Part shown: positions 52,821 to 62,855 of the stretch, piece by piece
Layout: each line of letters opens with the position of its first letter
How positions within the stretch are numbered: the first letter of the stretch is position 1
Source of the DNA: a virus
Taxonomy: Duplodnaviria > Caudoviricetes
Strand: one strand, 5' to 3'
IMG/VR virus record: IMGVR_UViG_3300025875_000012
Span: 4,647 to 68,646 of that record
DNA: 64,000 nt
Position numbers and translations under genes: made by a program
Notes under the pieces: model-generated
Database searches by the model: none
The model's input: the letters and a program-made list of their open reading frames with translations, nothing else
Told to the model about the DNA's origin: nothing

Positions 52821-53795
52821 ATGTCGAGAAGGTCTGCGCCCACCGTTGCCAGCTGGAACGTCTGGATGGGCAACACCCCCGCGAACATCCGCCGAGGACT
52901 GAGGGCGCTGATCGACGCGGGCGCCGACGTGATCGGCTGCCAGGAGCTCAGCGTGGACGCCTCCTACCTGGACGCGCGCAGCTTCATGGCGACGCTGGGC
53001 TGGGGGTCGACGGCGAAGAACAACGCCATCCCGATCTTCTTCGACGAGGCCGTCTACGACCTGGTCGACGAGGACTACCAGGTGGTGAACCTGGGCGGTG
53101 AGCCCTGGGAGCCGGGGACGGGCGGGGACACGGTCATCCGCAAGGCGCTGACGTGGGTGCGGCTCAAGCACCGCGCGACCGGCGAGGAGACCTACGTCGT
53201 CAACAACCACATCGTTCCGGGCATCGAGGCCGACGGGCAGATCCGCAAGGACGTCCCGAAGCGGCTGGCTGTCTACGTCGAGCAGATGGACGCGCTGGCC
53301 GAGATCTGTCGGGCGTTCAGCCGGACCGGGGCGGCCGTGGCCGCGACCGGGGACTTCAACCTGGCGCACAACGAGCCGTCCGGGGAGGACCTGCGCCGGC
53401 GCATGGGCGCGGTCGGCTTCCGGTCGTGCTGGCAGGCCCTGGGTGACGACCAGCCGACCCACGGCGACCGGATCATCGACTACGTCTGGTTCGACCGGTG
53501 CTGGGCCAAGAGTGACCGTGTCTTGGACAAGTACGGGAGTGACCACTCACCGGTCGTTTGTGACCTGAACCCGTACTTGCGGACCTACGTGGTCGACCGG
53601 AGTCGATTTGTCGACCCGGACGACGGGAAGAACTTCCTCTGGGGCGTCAACGTCGCCACGGGGGAGGCCGAGCTCAAGCGCAAGCCCGGCTTCGCCATCA
53701 CGACGGGCGTGGCCATCACCACCATCAAGGGGCGGAAGTGGCTGGTCACCGAGGCCGGCTACCGCTACGCCCTCAGCTTCCTGCGACCCGCCTGA
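52821..53795 (+). CDS. EEP (endonuclease/exonuclease/phosphatase) protein with small C-terminal domain
   Basis: ATG 52821 after AAGGA; SWNV, DVIGCQE, NNH, TGDFN, IDYVW, GSDHSPV. Confidence 0.85.
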   Translation: MSRRSAPTVASWNVWMGNTPANIRRGLRALIDAGADVIGCQELSVDASYLDARSFMATLGWGSTAKNNAIPIFFDEAVYDLVDEDYQVVNLGGEPWEPGTGGDTVIRKALTWVRLKHRATGEETYVVNNHIVPGIEADGQIRKDVPKRLAVYVEQMDALAEICRAFSRTGAAVAATGDFNLAHNEPSGEDLRRRMGAVGFRSCWQALGDDQPTHGDRIIDYVWFDRCWAKSDRVLDKYGSDHSPVVCDLNPYLRTYVVDRSRFVDPDDGKNFLWGVNVATGEAELKRKPGFAITTGVAITTIKGRKWLVTEAGYRYALSFLRPA

Positions 53796-53808
53796 GAGAG
53801 GGCTGACC

Positions 53809-54495
53809 ATGACCATGCACCCACCCAGCGTGAAGCTGTGGACCGACGAGGACGTCCTGCACGCCGCCCAGGAGATCGACGCCCTGTTCTCGCGGCCGGA
53901 CTGGACGAGCACCTACCCCGGGCACGGGGAGAACGGCGCCCGCTACTCGGTCGACTTCATGTGCTCGAAGACCATGGGCGACAAGATCGCTCCGTACCTC
54001 TGGAAGAACCGGAAGCGCCTCGGCATCTGGTACGTGATCTGGTACGGCCGGATCATCTCCGAGACCTACGCCTCGGCCGGCTGGCGGCGCTACTTCGCGG
54101 CCAACGACCCCAACCCCTCCAAGTCGCACAAGAACCACACGCACGCCTCGTTCTACCCGGGCCGGGATTACCACCCGCTCATTCCCGTGACGCCCGCGGT
54201 GAAGGGCGAGCACGCCGTTCCGACTGACCGGGTGATCTACCTGGATAAGCTCAACCCCGGGGTCCGGGATTCCGACTCGGTATTCCACCTGCAGACCCTG
54301 CTGAACAAGGTCAACGACAAGGACATCCTGCGGACCGGGAACTACGACGCGGCCACGGTGGCCAGCGTCAAGGTGTTCCAGGAGAAGATGCACGACGACA
54401 TCGTCGACGGCGACATCGGCGAGTTCGGCCTGGCCGCGCTCATCAACCTGGCCGGCCCGGCGTTCAAGGCCTTCGTGGTCGAGGAGCAGTCGTGA
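53809..54495 (+). CDS. Endolysin (M15-like Zn peptidase + peptidoglycan-binding domain)
   Basis: YPGH...SVDFM...YVIWYGRI...HKNHTHASF; C-terminal SVFHLQTLLN...VKVFQ...VDGDIG. Confidence 0.8.
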   Translation: MTMHPPSVKLWTDEDVLHAAQEIDALFSRPDWTSTYPGHGENGARYSVDFMCSKTMGDKIAPYLWKNRKRLGIWYVIWYGRIISETYASAGWRRYFAANDPNPSKSHKNHTHASFYPGRDYHPLIPVTPAVKGEHAVPTDRVIYLDKLNPGVRDSDSVFHLQTLLNKVNDKDILRTGNYDAATVASVKVFQEKMHDDIVDGDIGEFGLAALINLAGPAFKAFVVEEQS

Positions 54496-54797
54496 GCGGC
54501 CAGCGTTACCTCGACGAGAACGCCGACGGGAAGCCGGACGTGGCCGGCCCCACGCCCCCGAGAACGCCGGTCAGCCCCAAGGTGATCGCGGCGACCATCG
54601 CGGCCTTCCTGGCGCCGGCGCTCTACCTGACCATCGGCTACCTGACCACCGACGAGGGCAAGCAGATCTACGCCGGGCTGCACCCGGTGCTGCGGATCTT
54701 CATCGGCGGCGTGATCTCGAGCGCGGCCGTGGCCCTGTCGAGCTACGTCAAGCGGGACCGGCTCCGAGAAGCTGGTGCTCGCGCGATGAAGCCCTGA
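54492..54797 (+). CDS. Holin
   Basis: Two TM helices, basic C-terminus, directly after the endolysin. Confidence 0.7.
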   Translation: MSGQRYLDENADGKPDVAGPTPPRTPVSPKVIAATIAAFLAPALYLTIGYLTTDEGKQIYAGLHPVLRIFIGGVISSAAVALSSYVKRDRLREAGARAMKP

Positions 54798-54842
54798 CGG
54801 GCTACAGTGGGCGCGTCCTTGGGTAGGGGCGCGATACGGGCG

Positions 54843-54870
54843 AGGGCCCGGAGCTTCGGCTCCGGGCCCT
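54843..54870 (+). terminator. Intrinsic terminator
   Basis: 12-bp stem agggcccggagc-TTCG-gctccgggccct followed by tctcctt. Confidence 0.8.
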
Positions 54871-54933
54871 TCTCCTTGCTAGCCTGGCGGGCGTCGAGGC
54901 CACGATGAAGCACCGGAAGGTGGTCGTGCGCTC

Positions 54934-57435
54934 GTGGCGATCCTGCTCGACGAGGACCTGGCCGAGAACGAGACCGGGCATCTGGCCGCTCACGCCGAGC
55001 TGAGGACCGCCTACCTGTCCCGCGGGTCGGGGCGGGCGATGACCGAGTTGCTCGACACGATGACCCAGGCGGACTTCCGGGCCGCGCACCGCGCCGTGCA
55101 CAACCAGCTGCACGCCGAGCACAACGCGCTGGGCGCCGCCGGGGTCCTGCCCAACCCGGTCGGGACGGCCGGCCACCTCGAGCACCACCGCCTGCTGCAC
55201 ATCGCTCACAACCTGCGGAACCGCAAGTCCGCGGTGGGCGTCGGGACGATCACCCAGAGCAACACGGTCTCCTGCGTCAGCTCCAAGGTCGCGGCGAACC
55301 GGGCCGGCACCGGGGTGCCGATCATGCAGGCCAGCACGCTGGTCAGCACCGGCGCCCGGCTCGCGGCCGCCATGCCGACGACCGACCTGGCCTACCGCTT
55401 GGTGGCCGACGACCTCACCGGCGCCGACTCCTCCGCCCAGGGCACCTGGAACCCGCGCACCGGCTCGGGCGCCGCCGCCCAGGCCACAGCCAACAACCAG
55501 CCGCTGCTCAAGGTCGGCGCGCTGAACGGCCACAACACGCTGGCCTTCGACGGGCTCAAGCACACCCTGGCGCTGAGCGGCTCGGCCCTGTCGCTGTCCC
55601 GCAACAAGCCCTACCTGACGATCTCGATCATCTACCGCACCCCCAGCTACGCGCTGACCAGCGGCGTGCGGACGCTGTTCGGGATGTCCACGGGCACGGC
55701 CACGACCACGGCCCGCACGGTGATCCAGCACCGCAACACCGACGGTGTGCCGGTCGCCCTCGGCCGCCAGCTGGACACCAACTCCTCGGTCGCCGCCATC
55801 GGTACCGGCACGTCCACGGGCACCAGCGAGGTGATGATCCTCACCGCCATCTACCGCTGGAACACCTCGGACCTGCTGCTGTTCAAGAACGGCACCCAGA
55901 TCGCCGCGCGCACCGACTTCCAGGCGGACGGGCTCACCAGCGACACCGCGTCGCTGGCCGGCGCCATCGGCTCGAACACCGCGGGCACGGCCGAGTTCTA
56001 CCCGGGCGAGATCGCCGAGATCGCGGTGCACAACAGCGCCGACCTGACCGGGGACCTGGTCAAGCAGCTCTCGGCCTACGCCGCGGCCACCTACGGCTCG
56101 GTCGACACCACCGCGCCGACCGACACCTCCCAGCCGATGCCGGCCACGGACCTGCCGGGCTGGAAGCTGGTCTACGCCGAGGACTTCACCAAGACCGCGG
56201 CGCTCGGCCAGATCGAGACGGTCTACCCCGAGATCCCGCAGTACAAGAACTTCCAGGACACCTCGAAGAACGGCACCTACCGGCCGGACAAGGTGCTCAG
56301 CGCGGGGATGCGGCCCGACGTCGCGGACTCCAAGGGGGTCCTGGACTTCTGGATGCACAGCGAGATCGTCAACGGGACCTCCCAGCACATGGTGGCCTGC
56401 CCGATCCCGGGCGGTTACACGGGCCGGCTGCTGGTGCGGCACGAGACCCGCTTCCGGGTCGACCGGCCGATCCCGCTCTACAAGATCGCCTTCCTGCTGT
56501 GGACCACCCCGGACGAGTGGGACGAGGAGCTCGACTTCGCCGAGGGTGGACTGAACGGCGGGTCCATCGAGCACAACCACCACGCGCTCGGGGCCTCGAC
56601 CCCCTATCCCATCAACACCGGGGTGCAGATCGGGGTCGGCTGGCACACCTCGCGGGTGGAGATCACCGACAAGTCCACCCGGTACTACGTCGACGGCGTC
56701 CGGACGCTGACCGCGACCTTCGCCATCCCCCAGAAGCTCAAGCGCTCGGGGCTGCAGGCCGAGACCAACCTGAACAGCTCGACGCCGCCGGCGGACTCGA
56801 CCGAGGGCCACCTGATGGTGGACTGGTACACGATCCACGAGGGCATCGCGGGCTACGACTACACGACCACCGACAACTACACCTTCGTGGCCGCCACGGG
56901 CGCGGCCCTGCCGGGCCCCTGGACCACGGTGCGGGGGACGGCCGCCGTGGACACGAACCGAGCGAAGCTGACCAGCACGACGGCCCAGTGGAACAGCGCC
57001 ATGATCCGGCTCAACGCGATGTTCAGCGACGGGAAGCTCACCGCGCTGCGGGTCACCCCGCCGGCCACCGGGGGCACGGCCTACTTCGGCTACCGCTTCA
57101 ACGCCGCGCTGGACAGCGGCTACGTGATGGCGCTCAGCGGCACCGGGGTGTTCCGGATCGGGCGCTGGGTCAACGCCAGCGTGACCTGGCTGGGCAACTC
57201 GGTGACCCTGGACTTGTCCGGGGGCAAGGTCTGGAACCTGGCCGTGGAGCCGTCCGCCGGCAACCACAAGGCCCGGGCCTGGCTGGACGGGACCACCGAG
57301 CCGACGACCTGGGACATCGGTCCGGTGGCCGACTACAACGGGCTCCGCGGGGAGGTGGTGGCCATGTCCCAGACCAGCGTCTCGGGAACCGCCGCCACCA
57401 CGCTGGTCGACGACGTCAAGATCTACACGCCCTGA
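54934..57435 (+). CDS. Virion protein with LamG-like and GH16 glycoside hydrolase domains
   Basis: His-rich N-terminus; LAFDG/GEIAEI LamG-like motifs; WKLVYAEDF and EELDFAEG (ExDxxE GH16 motif). Confidence 0.75.
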   Translation: MAILLDEDLAENETGHLAAHAELRTAYLSRGSGRAMTELLDTMTQADFRAAHRAVHNQLHAEHNALGAAGVLPNPVGTAGHLEHHRLLHIAHNLRNRKSAVGVGTITQSNTVSCVSSKVAANRAGTGVPIMQASTLVSTGARLAAAMPTTDLAYRLVADDLTGADSSAQGTWNPRTGSGAAAQATANNQPLLKVGALNGHNTLAFDGLKHTLALSGSALSLSRNKPYLTISIIYRTPSYALTSGVRTLFGMSTGTATTTARTVIQHRNTDGVPVALGRQLDTNSSVAAIGTGTSTGTSEVMILTAIYRWNTSDLLLFKNGTQIAARTDFQADGLTSDTASLAGAIGSNTAGTAEFYPGEIAEIAVHNSADLTGDLVKQLSAYAAATYGSVDTTAPTDTSQPMPATDLPGWKLVYAEDFTKTAALGQIETVYPEIPQYKNFQDTSKNGTYRPDKVLSAGMRPDVADSKGVLDFWMHSEIVNGTSQHMVACPIPGGYTGRLLVRHETRFRVDRPIPLYKIAFLLWTTPDEWDEELDFAEGGLNGGSIEHNHHALGASTPYPINTGVQIGVGWHTSRVEITDKSTRYYVDGVRTLTATFAIPQKLKRSGLQAETNLNSSTPPADSTEGHLMVDWYTIHEGIAGYDYTTTDNYTFVAATGAALPGPWTTVRGTAAVDTNRAKLTSTTAQWNSAMIRLNAMFSDGKLTALRVTPPATGGTAYFGYRFNAALDSGYVMALSGTGVFRIGRWVNASVTWLGNSVTLDLSGGKVWNLAVEPSAGNHKARAWLDGTTEPTTWDIGPVADYNGLRGEVVAMSQTSVSGTAATTLVDDVKIYTP

Positions 57436-57481
57436 GGTAGCCTGAGCGGCGTCGAGGCCACGATGATCCTGGAAGGGCTCC

Positions 57482-57832
57482 ATGCCTCTCTCGACCTCGG
57501 CCAAGAACACGATGCTGACCGCGCTGGCGGGGGTGGCTGCCTACGCCTCGCTGCACACCGCTGACCCGAGCACCACGGGGGCCTCGGAGGCCACCGGCGG
57601 CAGCCCGGCCTACGCCCGCAAGGCGATCACCTGGAACGCCGCGGCCGCGGCGAACCTGGACAACCTGGCCAACCCGGTGTTCGACGTCCCGGCCGGCACC
57701 TACACCCACTTCGGGCTGTGGACCGCGGCCACCGGCGGCACCTTCCTGGGTGGCGGCACGCTGTCGGCCTCGGAGACCTTCTCGGCTCAGGGGCAGTACA
57801 CCCTGAGCGACGTCGACGTGAACCTCCCCTGA
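57482..57832 (+). CDS. Small virion structural protein
   Basis: SLHTADP...YARKAITW...THFGLWTAATGGTFL. Confidence 0.7.
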   Translation: MPLSTSAKNTMLTALAGVAAYASLHTADPSTTGASEATGGSPAYARKAITWNAAAAANLDNLANPVFDVPAGTYTHFGLWTAATGGTFLGGGTLSASETFSAQGQYTLSDVDVNLP

Positions 57833-59163
57833 TGAGCTACGCGGAAGAGCAGCGGCGCTTCGAGTCGATGGGCGAGAGGGCTGACGCCGAGATCGCCGTG
57901 GTGCGAGCCGCTCTGGCGGCCAAGGCCGACGAGCTCGCGGCTGCCAAGGCCGACGACCTGTCCGACGAGGCCCAGATCACGAAGCTGGCCGGCGACCTCG
58001 CGGCTGCGCAGGCGCGCATCGTGGAGCTGCAGGCGCTGCAGCCCACCGACGACCGCCCCAGCGGCCCGGGCTTCGTGCGGTACGAGAGCCTCTACCGGTC
58101 CGGGGACACCGTCTCCGACGTCCTGGCCCGGGTCTCTGACGGGCGTGTGGTGACCTTCCCGGAGGGCCGCTTCGAGGTGGCGGACTTCGCCGCCGGCTAC
58201 CTGGCGGGCATCAGCGTCGCCCCCGGCTGCGGCGGGATCATCGGCAGCGGCCAGGGCACCCTCGGCGGCAGCAAGGGCACCGTCTTCACGATGAAGGAGC
58301 GGAGCTCGACGAAGGCCGCCCTCGTGCCCAAGCAGGACGACGTCACGCCGATGCAGCTGGTCCTGCTCAAGTCGCTGGACCCCACCACCCCGAAGACGTT
58401 CCAGAACTTCCAGGTGGCCGGCACCGAGCAGGGGCACATCTACTCGCTGGTGCAGCACTACAACAACGGCAGCGGCGGCCAGCGCGCGCTGATGGACACC
58501 CTGTTCCAGGACCTGCTTCTGGTCGGCTGGGACGGCAACGCCGGCGCCCCTCCCGGCGAGACGTCGGCCCTGTCGGTCTCCGGGCCGGGCTACCACGTCC
58601 AGCGCCGGGTCGAGATCGACGGTCGTCGTGCGCTGGGCGGGCCGGTGTTCGGGGCGATGGGCCTCACCCACCAGAACGCCTACGGCGCCCTGGCCGAGGA
58701 CGTCTACTCCCACCACTGCCGGGTCGCCAACTTCGTCGGCTTCCAGTCGGTCAACGGCATCGTGCGCCGGCTCCGCTCCGACGCGGCCACCGGTGTGACG
58801 AACGGCCTCGGCAACGGGTCGCTGAACTTCGAGCGCACGGCCGGCTACCTGCTCGAGGGCTGCGAGATCATCGGCCGGCAGCGCAAGGTGCACATCACGC
58901 ACAGCAACGACCACTGGTCGCTGAACCTGAACGGGAAGAGCTACCCCATCGACGGCGGCTCGCTGACGGTCGTCGACCCGAAGTGGAACGGCCTCTGGCG
59001 CCCCGACGAGCTGGCGGACTACCTCTACGTCCAGTCGTGGGGCCCGTACTGGAACGGGTCGACCATGAGCTTCTCCAAGACCGCTCCGGTGGTCCGCAAG
59101 GCCGATGGCTCGCACATCCCGTACAAGTACGTGGCCGCGGACGGCCGGGGAGTCGTGACCTGA
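57832..59163 (+). CDS. Pectin-lyase-like beta-helix protein (tailspike/depolymerase-like) with N-terminal coiled coil
   Basis: TGATG overlap; VVTFPEGRF...GIIGSG typical of beta-helix N-termini. Confidence 0.6.
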   Translation: MSYAEEQRRFESMGERADAEIAVVRAALAAKADELAAAKADDLSDEAQITKLAGDLAAAQARIVELQALQPTDDRPSGPGFVRYESLYRSGDTVSDVLARVSDGRVVTFPEGRFEVADFAAGYLAGISVAPGCGGIIGSGQGTLGGSKGTVFTMKERSSTKAALVPKQDDVTPMQLVLLKSLDPTTPKTFQNFQVAGTEQGHIYSLVQHYNNGSGGQRALMDTLFQDLLLVGWDGNAGAPPGETSALSVSGPGYHVQRRVEIDGRRALGGPVFGAMGLTHQNAYGALAEDVYSHHCRVANFVGFQSVNGIVRRLRSDAATGVTNGLGNGSLNFERTAGYLLEGCEIIGRQRKVHITHSNDHWSLNLNGKSYPIDGGSLTVVDPKWNGLWRPDELADYLYVQSWGPYWNGSTMSFSKTAPVVRKADGSHIPYKYVAADGRGVVT

Positions 59164-59167
59164 GCCG

Positions 59168-61975
59168 ATGGCCGGGACGCTCCTCACCCGTGACCCGAAC
59201 CTCGGCGGGATAGCGGCAGGGACCGCTTGCACCACGGCCAACGTCCCGGCCAGCACGGTCTACGCCCCGAGCGGGGGCTCCGCGACCTTCTTCAAGGACG
59301 CGGCGAACCGGATGTGGTACCGGCTGACCAACGCGGCCACCCAGCCGTCCATCATCCGGCTGAACCCCGACGCCTCGAAGGTGCAGTCGGCGCGCTTCCG
59401 GTACTGCAGCGGCCAGGCCAGCCAGAGCGTCACCCGCAACATGTTCCACGGGTGGAGCGGTGGCGGCACAGCAATCGTCATCAAGCTGCAGCGGACGGCT
59501 GCCGGGCAGATCCAGGTGCTCGGCCTCGGGAACGTGAGCCTGGCCGTCACCACCATCTCGGGCGGGATGGCGGTGGGGGCCGACTACGAGATCGTGCTCG
59601 ACATCACCGTCGGCTCGACCACCAGCAACGGCGTCTGGTCGCTCAAGGTGTGCCAGCCCGGCACCGACACGGTCATCACCGGTGGGTCCGCCGGGGGCAC
59701 GACCGCCAACCTCGGCACCGCGGCGCTGACCAACTGGGACATCGGCTCGAACGATGGCACCTCCCAGGTCATGGACCAGCGCTACACCTACGTCCAGCTC
59801 CAGTCCGACCGGACCTCTCCGCTGCCGGTCTACTCGCCGCCGGCTAGCGCCCCGGCCGGGAACTACGACATGGTCCTGCTGGTCGGCCAGTCCATCAACG
59901 CAGGCGCGGCCATCGACTGGAACGCGACCGACGACTACTACGACACCGGGGTCTACCAGTGGTCGGCCGGGTCGATCCAGCCGGCAGCCGAGGTGCTGTG
60001 GTCCGCGGACGTGAACCCGAACCCCTACGGCATGGGCTTCGTGAACCGCTTCGTGCGGTCCTACATCGCCGCCGGCCGCCTGGCCGCCGGCCGCCAGCTG
60101 CTGATCGTCAACGCCGCGCGGCGCGGGACCGGCTTCACCACCCCGGACGGCCAGGGTGGAGCCCTCTCCTGGGACAGCTCCGCGGCAGCGAGCTCGAACA
60201 ACCTCTACACCAACGCGGTGTCCATGTACCAGGCCGCGCTCGCCGCGGCAGGGTCCGGCTCGGTACCAGTGGCCATCCTGGCCGACCACGGCGAGACGGA
60301 CGGGATCAACAACAACCCGCCGGCCACGTTCAAGGCCCAGCTCTACGCCTTCATCGACGCGATCCGGACGGCAATCGGCGCGCCGGCCGTGCCGTACCTG
60401 AACCACCAGATGCGCCCCGACCTGCTGGCCTCCCAGAACAAGTTCGCCCTGCTCGACGCTGCGGTCGCCGTGGCGTCCACCGACAAGACCAAGGTGGCGC
60501 AGGCGCTGTCGCCGGTCGGCACCACGTACTACGCCAACGACTCGGTGCACTTCACCGCGGCCGGCGTCCGGATCATCGGCCAGCGCATGTTCGCGCTGCT
60601 CGGCGCTGCTGCCGGGTCCGCTGTGCTCAACCAGAACAGCGAGCTGGTGAGCACCGGGGCCAAGGGCGGGGTCGGCACCGCGGTGCTCTCCCAGACCAGC
60701 ACGAGCGAGGCCGTGTCAGCCCGGCTCAGCCTGGGTACTGCAGCCATCGACCAGGCCAGCAGCGTCGTGTCCACGGGGGTCAAGCAGTCGGCCTCCACCG
60801 GCGCTGTTGACCTGGTCTCCGAGGTCGTGGCCACCGGCTCCAAGACCGCCGCCGGCACGGGGGCGCTGGACCAGCCCTCGGTCGTGGTCTCGACCGGGGC
60901 GAAGACCGCCGTCGGCGTGGTCTCCCTCGACCAGACCTCGGCCTTGGTCGTCACCGGTCAGAAGCTCACCGCGGGCACCGGCGCGCTGACCCTCACATCC
61001 GACGTCGCCTCGATGGGGCTCCGGGCGTCGAGCGGCACTGCGCAGCTGGACCAGGCCTCGACCCTGGAGTGCACCAGCGGCCAGGTCACCTACGCCGACC
61101 TCTACCAGGACGACTACGGCCCAGGGGCGGCCGCGGGCCCGGGCCAGGTCGACCAGCCCAGCGAGCTGCTGGCGACGGGCTCGAAGGCCACCAACGGCAC
61201 GTCCATCGTCAACCAGGCCACGGACATCCAAGTCGCGGGCTCGAAACTTGGATCTGGGGCGGCCACATCCAACTCCGCTTCCACCCTCACCTCGACGGGC
61301 TGGAAGGCCGGGGCCGGGGCCGGGCAAATCTCCCAGGGGCAGGTCCTCACCAGCTCGGGCGCGCGCGTCACCGCGGGGACCGGCGCTGGCGAGCTCAACC
61401 AGGCGAGCGAGCTCACCAGCACCGGCACGAAGGCCGTGACCGGGACGGCCGCCCTCGACCAGCCGGCGGCCATCGCCTCCTCGGGGGTCAAGGCCGGATC
61501 CGGAGCCGGTGCGATCAGCCAGACCAGCACGGTGGTCGTCACGGGGGAGCGGCTCACCGACGCCCGGACGGGGTCCGGCTCGGTCTCGGTCGCCTCCGAT
61601 GTGGCTGGGGTCGGCGCCAAGGGAGCCGCCGGCGGCGGCGGGGCGCTGTCCTCCTCGAACACGTCGAGCACCGGCATCAAGCTGGGCATCGGCAACGCGC
61701 GGCTGGACCAGTCCATCGCCATCGTCGTCGTGGACCTCCGGTCCAGCTTCGGGGTCGGTCACGTCGACCAGACCTCGGCGCTCGGATCCGCCGGCACGAA
61801 GATGGTCGGCGGGCTGGGCGCGGTCGTGCTCACTGCGGTCGTGCTCACCGGCAGTGGTGCGAAGATGCTGCTGGCCGCCCGCGACGTCGACCTGGTCTTC
61901 GAGCTGGAGAGCGGCCGCTACCAGCTGGACCTCGACGGCAAGGCCGCCTACGCCTTCCAGATGGAGCTGACATGA
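59168..61975 (+). CDS. Virion fibre protein with SGNH/SASA acetylesterase domain and ~25-aa repeats
   Basis: VGQSIN, HGETDG, DSVHF SGNH motifs; repeated G.G.LDQ.S....TG.K units. Confidence 0.75.
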   Translation: MAGTLLTRDPNLGGIAAGTACTTANVPASTVYAPSGGSATFFKDAANRMWYRLTNAATQPSIIRLNPDASKVQSARFRYCSGQASQSVTRNMFHGWSGGGTAIVIKLQRTAAGQIQVLGLGNVSLAVTTISGGMAVGADYEIVLDITVGSTTSNGVWSLKVCQPGTDTVITGGSAGGTTANLGTAALTNWDIGSNDGTSQVMDQRYTYVQLQSDRTSPLPVYSPPASAPAGNYDMVLLVGQSINAGAAIDWNATDDYYDTGVYQWSAGSIQPAAEVLWSADVNPNPYGMGFVNRFVRSYIAAGRLAAGRQLLIVNAARRGTGFTTPDGQGGALSWDSSAAASSNNLYTNAVSMYQAALAAAGSGSVPVAILADHGETDGINNNPPATFKAQLYAFIDAIRTAIGAPAVPYLNHQMRPDLLASQNKFALLDAAVAVASTDKTKVAQALSPVGTTYYANDSVHFTAAGVRIIGQRMFALLGAAAGSAVLNQNSELVSTGAKGGVGTAVLSQTSTSEAVSARLSLGTAAIDQASSVVSTGVKQSASTGAVDLVSEVVATGSKTAAGTGALDQPSVVVSTGAKTAVGVVSLDQTSALVVTGQKLTAGTGALTLTSDVASMGLRASSGTAQLDQASTLECTSGQVTYADLYQDDYGPGAAAGPGQVDQPSELLATGSKATNGTSIVNQATDIQVAGSKLGSGAATSNSASTLTSTGWKAGAGAGQISQGQVLTSSGARVTAGTGAGELNQASELTSTGTKAVTGTAALDQPAAIASSGVKAGSGAGAISQTSTVVVTGERLTDARTGSGSVSVASDVAGVGAKGAAGGGGALSSSNTSSTGIKLGIGNARLDQSIAIVVVDLRSSFGVGHVDQTSALGSAGTKMVGGLGAVVLTAVVLTGSGAKMLLAARDVDLVFELESGRYQLDLDGKAAYAFQMELT

Positions 61976-62286
61976 GGACGATCCGCGTGACCGGGGGCTT
62001 CTCGGACTACGCCGTCGGGGTGCTCGAGGAGGTCAACCGCGAGCCGCTGGCCCTGACCGACCTCCGGCTGGCCCTGGTCGGCGACGGCGCCCCGTTGCCC
62101 GACCGGGCCAGCGAGCAGTGGCGAACGCCCGACGAGGCGACCTTCCCGGCCCCCCACCGGGCTCGGCTGTCGCTGCTGGTCGACGACAAGGTGACCCCGG
62201 GCAGCTACTACCTCTGGGCCCTGCCTATCGACAACCCCACCGCCACCCCGGTCAAGGCCAGCAACCACATGATCGTGGTGACCTAG
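61972..62286 (+). CDS. Small Ig-like virion protein
   Basis: ATGA overlap; beta-rich, PGSYYLW motif. Confidence 0.55.
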   Translation: MRTIRVTGGFSDYAVGVLEEVNREPLALTDLRLALVGDGAPLPDRASEQWRTPDEATFPAPHRARLSLLVDDKVTPGSYYLWALPIDNPTATPVKASNHMIVVT

Positions 62287-62324
62287 ACTCGCCCCTGGGC
62301 GAGGCCACCTACAGGAGGACCACC

Positions 62325-62543
62325 ATGGCTGGTTTGTCCCGCAAGAAGGTCGGGATCGTCAAGAGCGACGGCTCCGGCTTCACCCATGTCGACTTCTCGA
62401 CAGCGGCGCTCAACGCCCTGCGCGCCGGTCAGGAGCCCGAGGACTTCACCCCGGGTGTGCGCTCGCGCAACCTGCCGCCCTACGCCGGCGGCGACACCCA
62501 CGTCGAGCAGAGCACGCACCCCTACCAGGACGGCGGCTTCTAG
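62325..62543 (+). CDS. Hypothetical protein
   Basis: AGGAGG RBS; 72 aa. Confidence 0.6.
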   Translation: MAGLSRKKVGIVKSDGSGFTHVDFSTAALNALRAGQEPEDFTPGVRSRNLPPYAGGDTHVEQSTHPYQDGGF

Positions 62544-62851
62544 TGGCTGGCCGCGTCCTGCGCGACTCCAAGGGGCGCTACGCCGGCTCGACGCGCGGCT
62601 GGGGCGCCGGCGGGCGTCGCGGCGGTGGCTCGCAGTCCGGTGGGAAGCGCGTCAAGAAGGTCGGCTCGGGGGTCAAGTTCTCCCGGCCGGCCGCCGTGCA
62701 GAAGGCGATCCACCGCGGGGTCTCCGTGGGCAGCCCCATCGTGAACGTGGGGCTGGCCACGCGCCGACCGTCCGCGGTGGCCACGGGCGTGGCGGTCGCC
62801 GCGGTGACGGGCGCCCAGACCTACCGCAAGGCCCGCACCGGGAGGCTGTGA
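62543..62851 (+). CDS. Basic Arg/Gly-rich protein
   Basis: TAGTG overlap; RDSKGRY motif. Confidence 0.55.
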   Translation: MAGRVLRDSKGRYAGSTRGWGAGGRRGGGSQSGGKRVKKVGSGVKFSRPAAVQKAIHRGVSVGSPIVNVGLATRRPSAVATGVAVAAVTGAQTYRKARTGRL

Positions 62852-62855
62852 GCCC

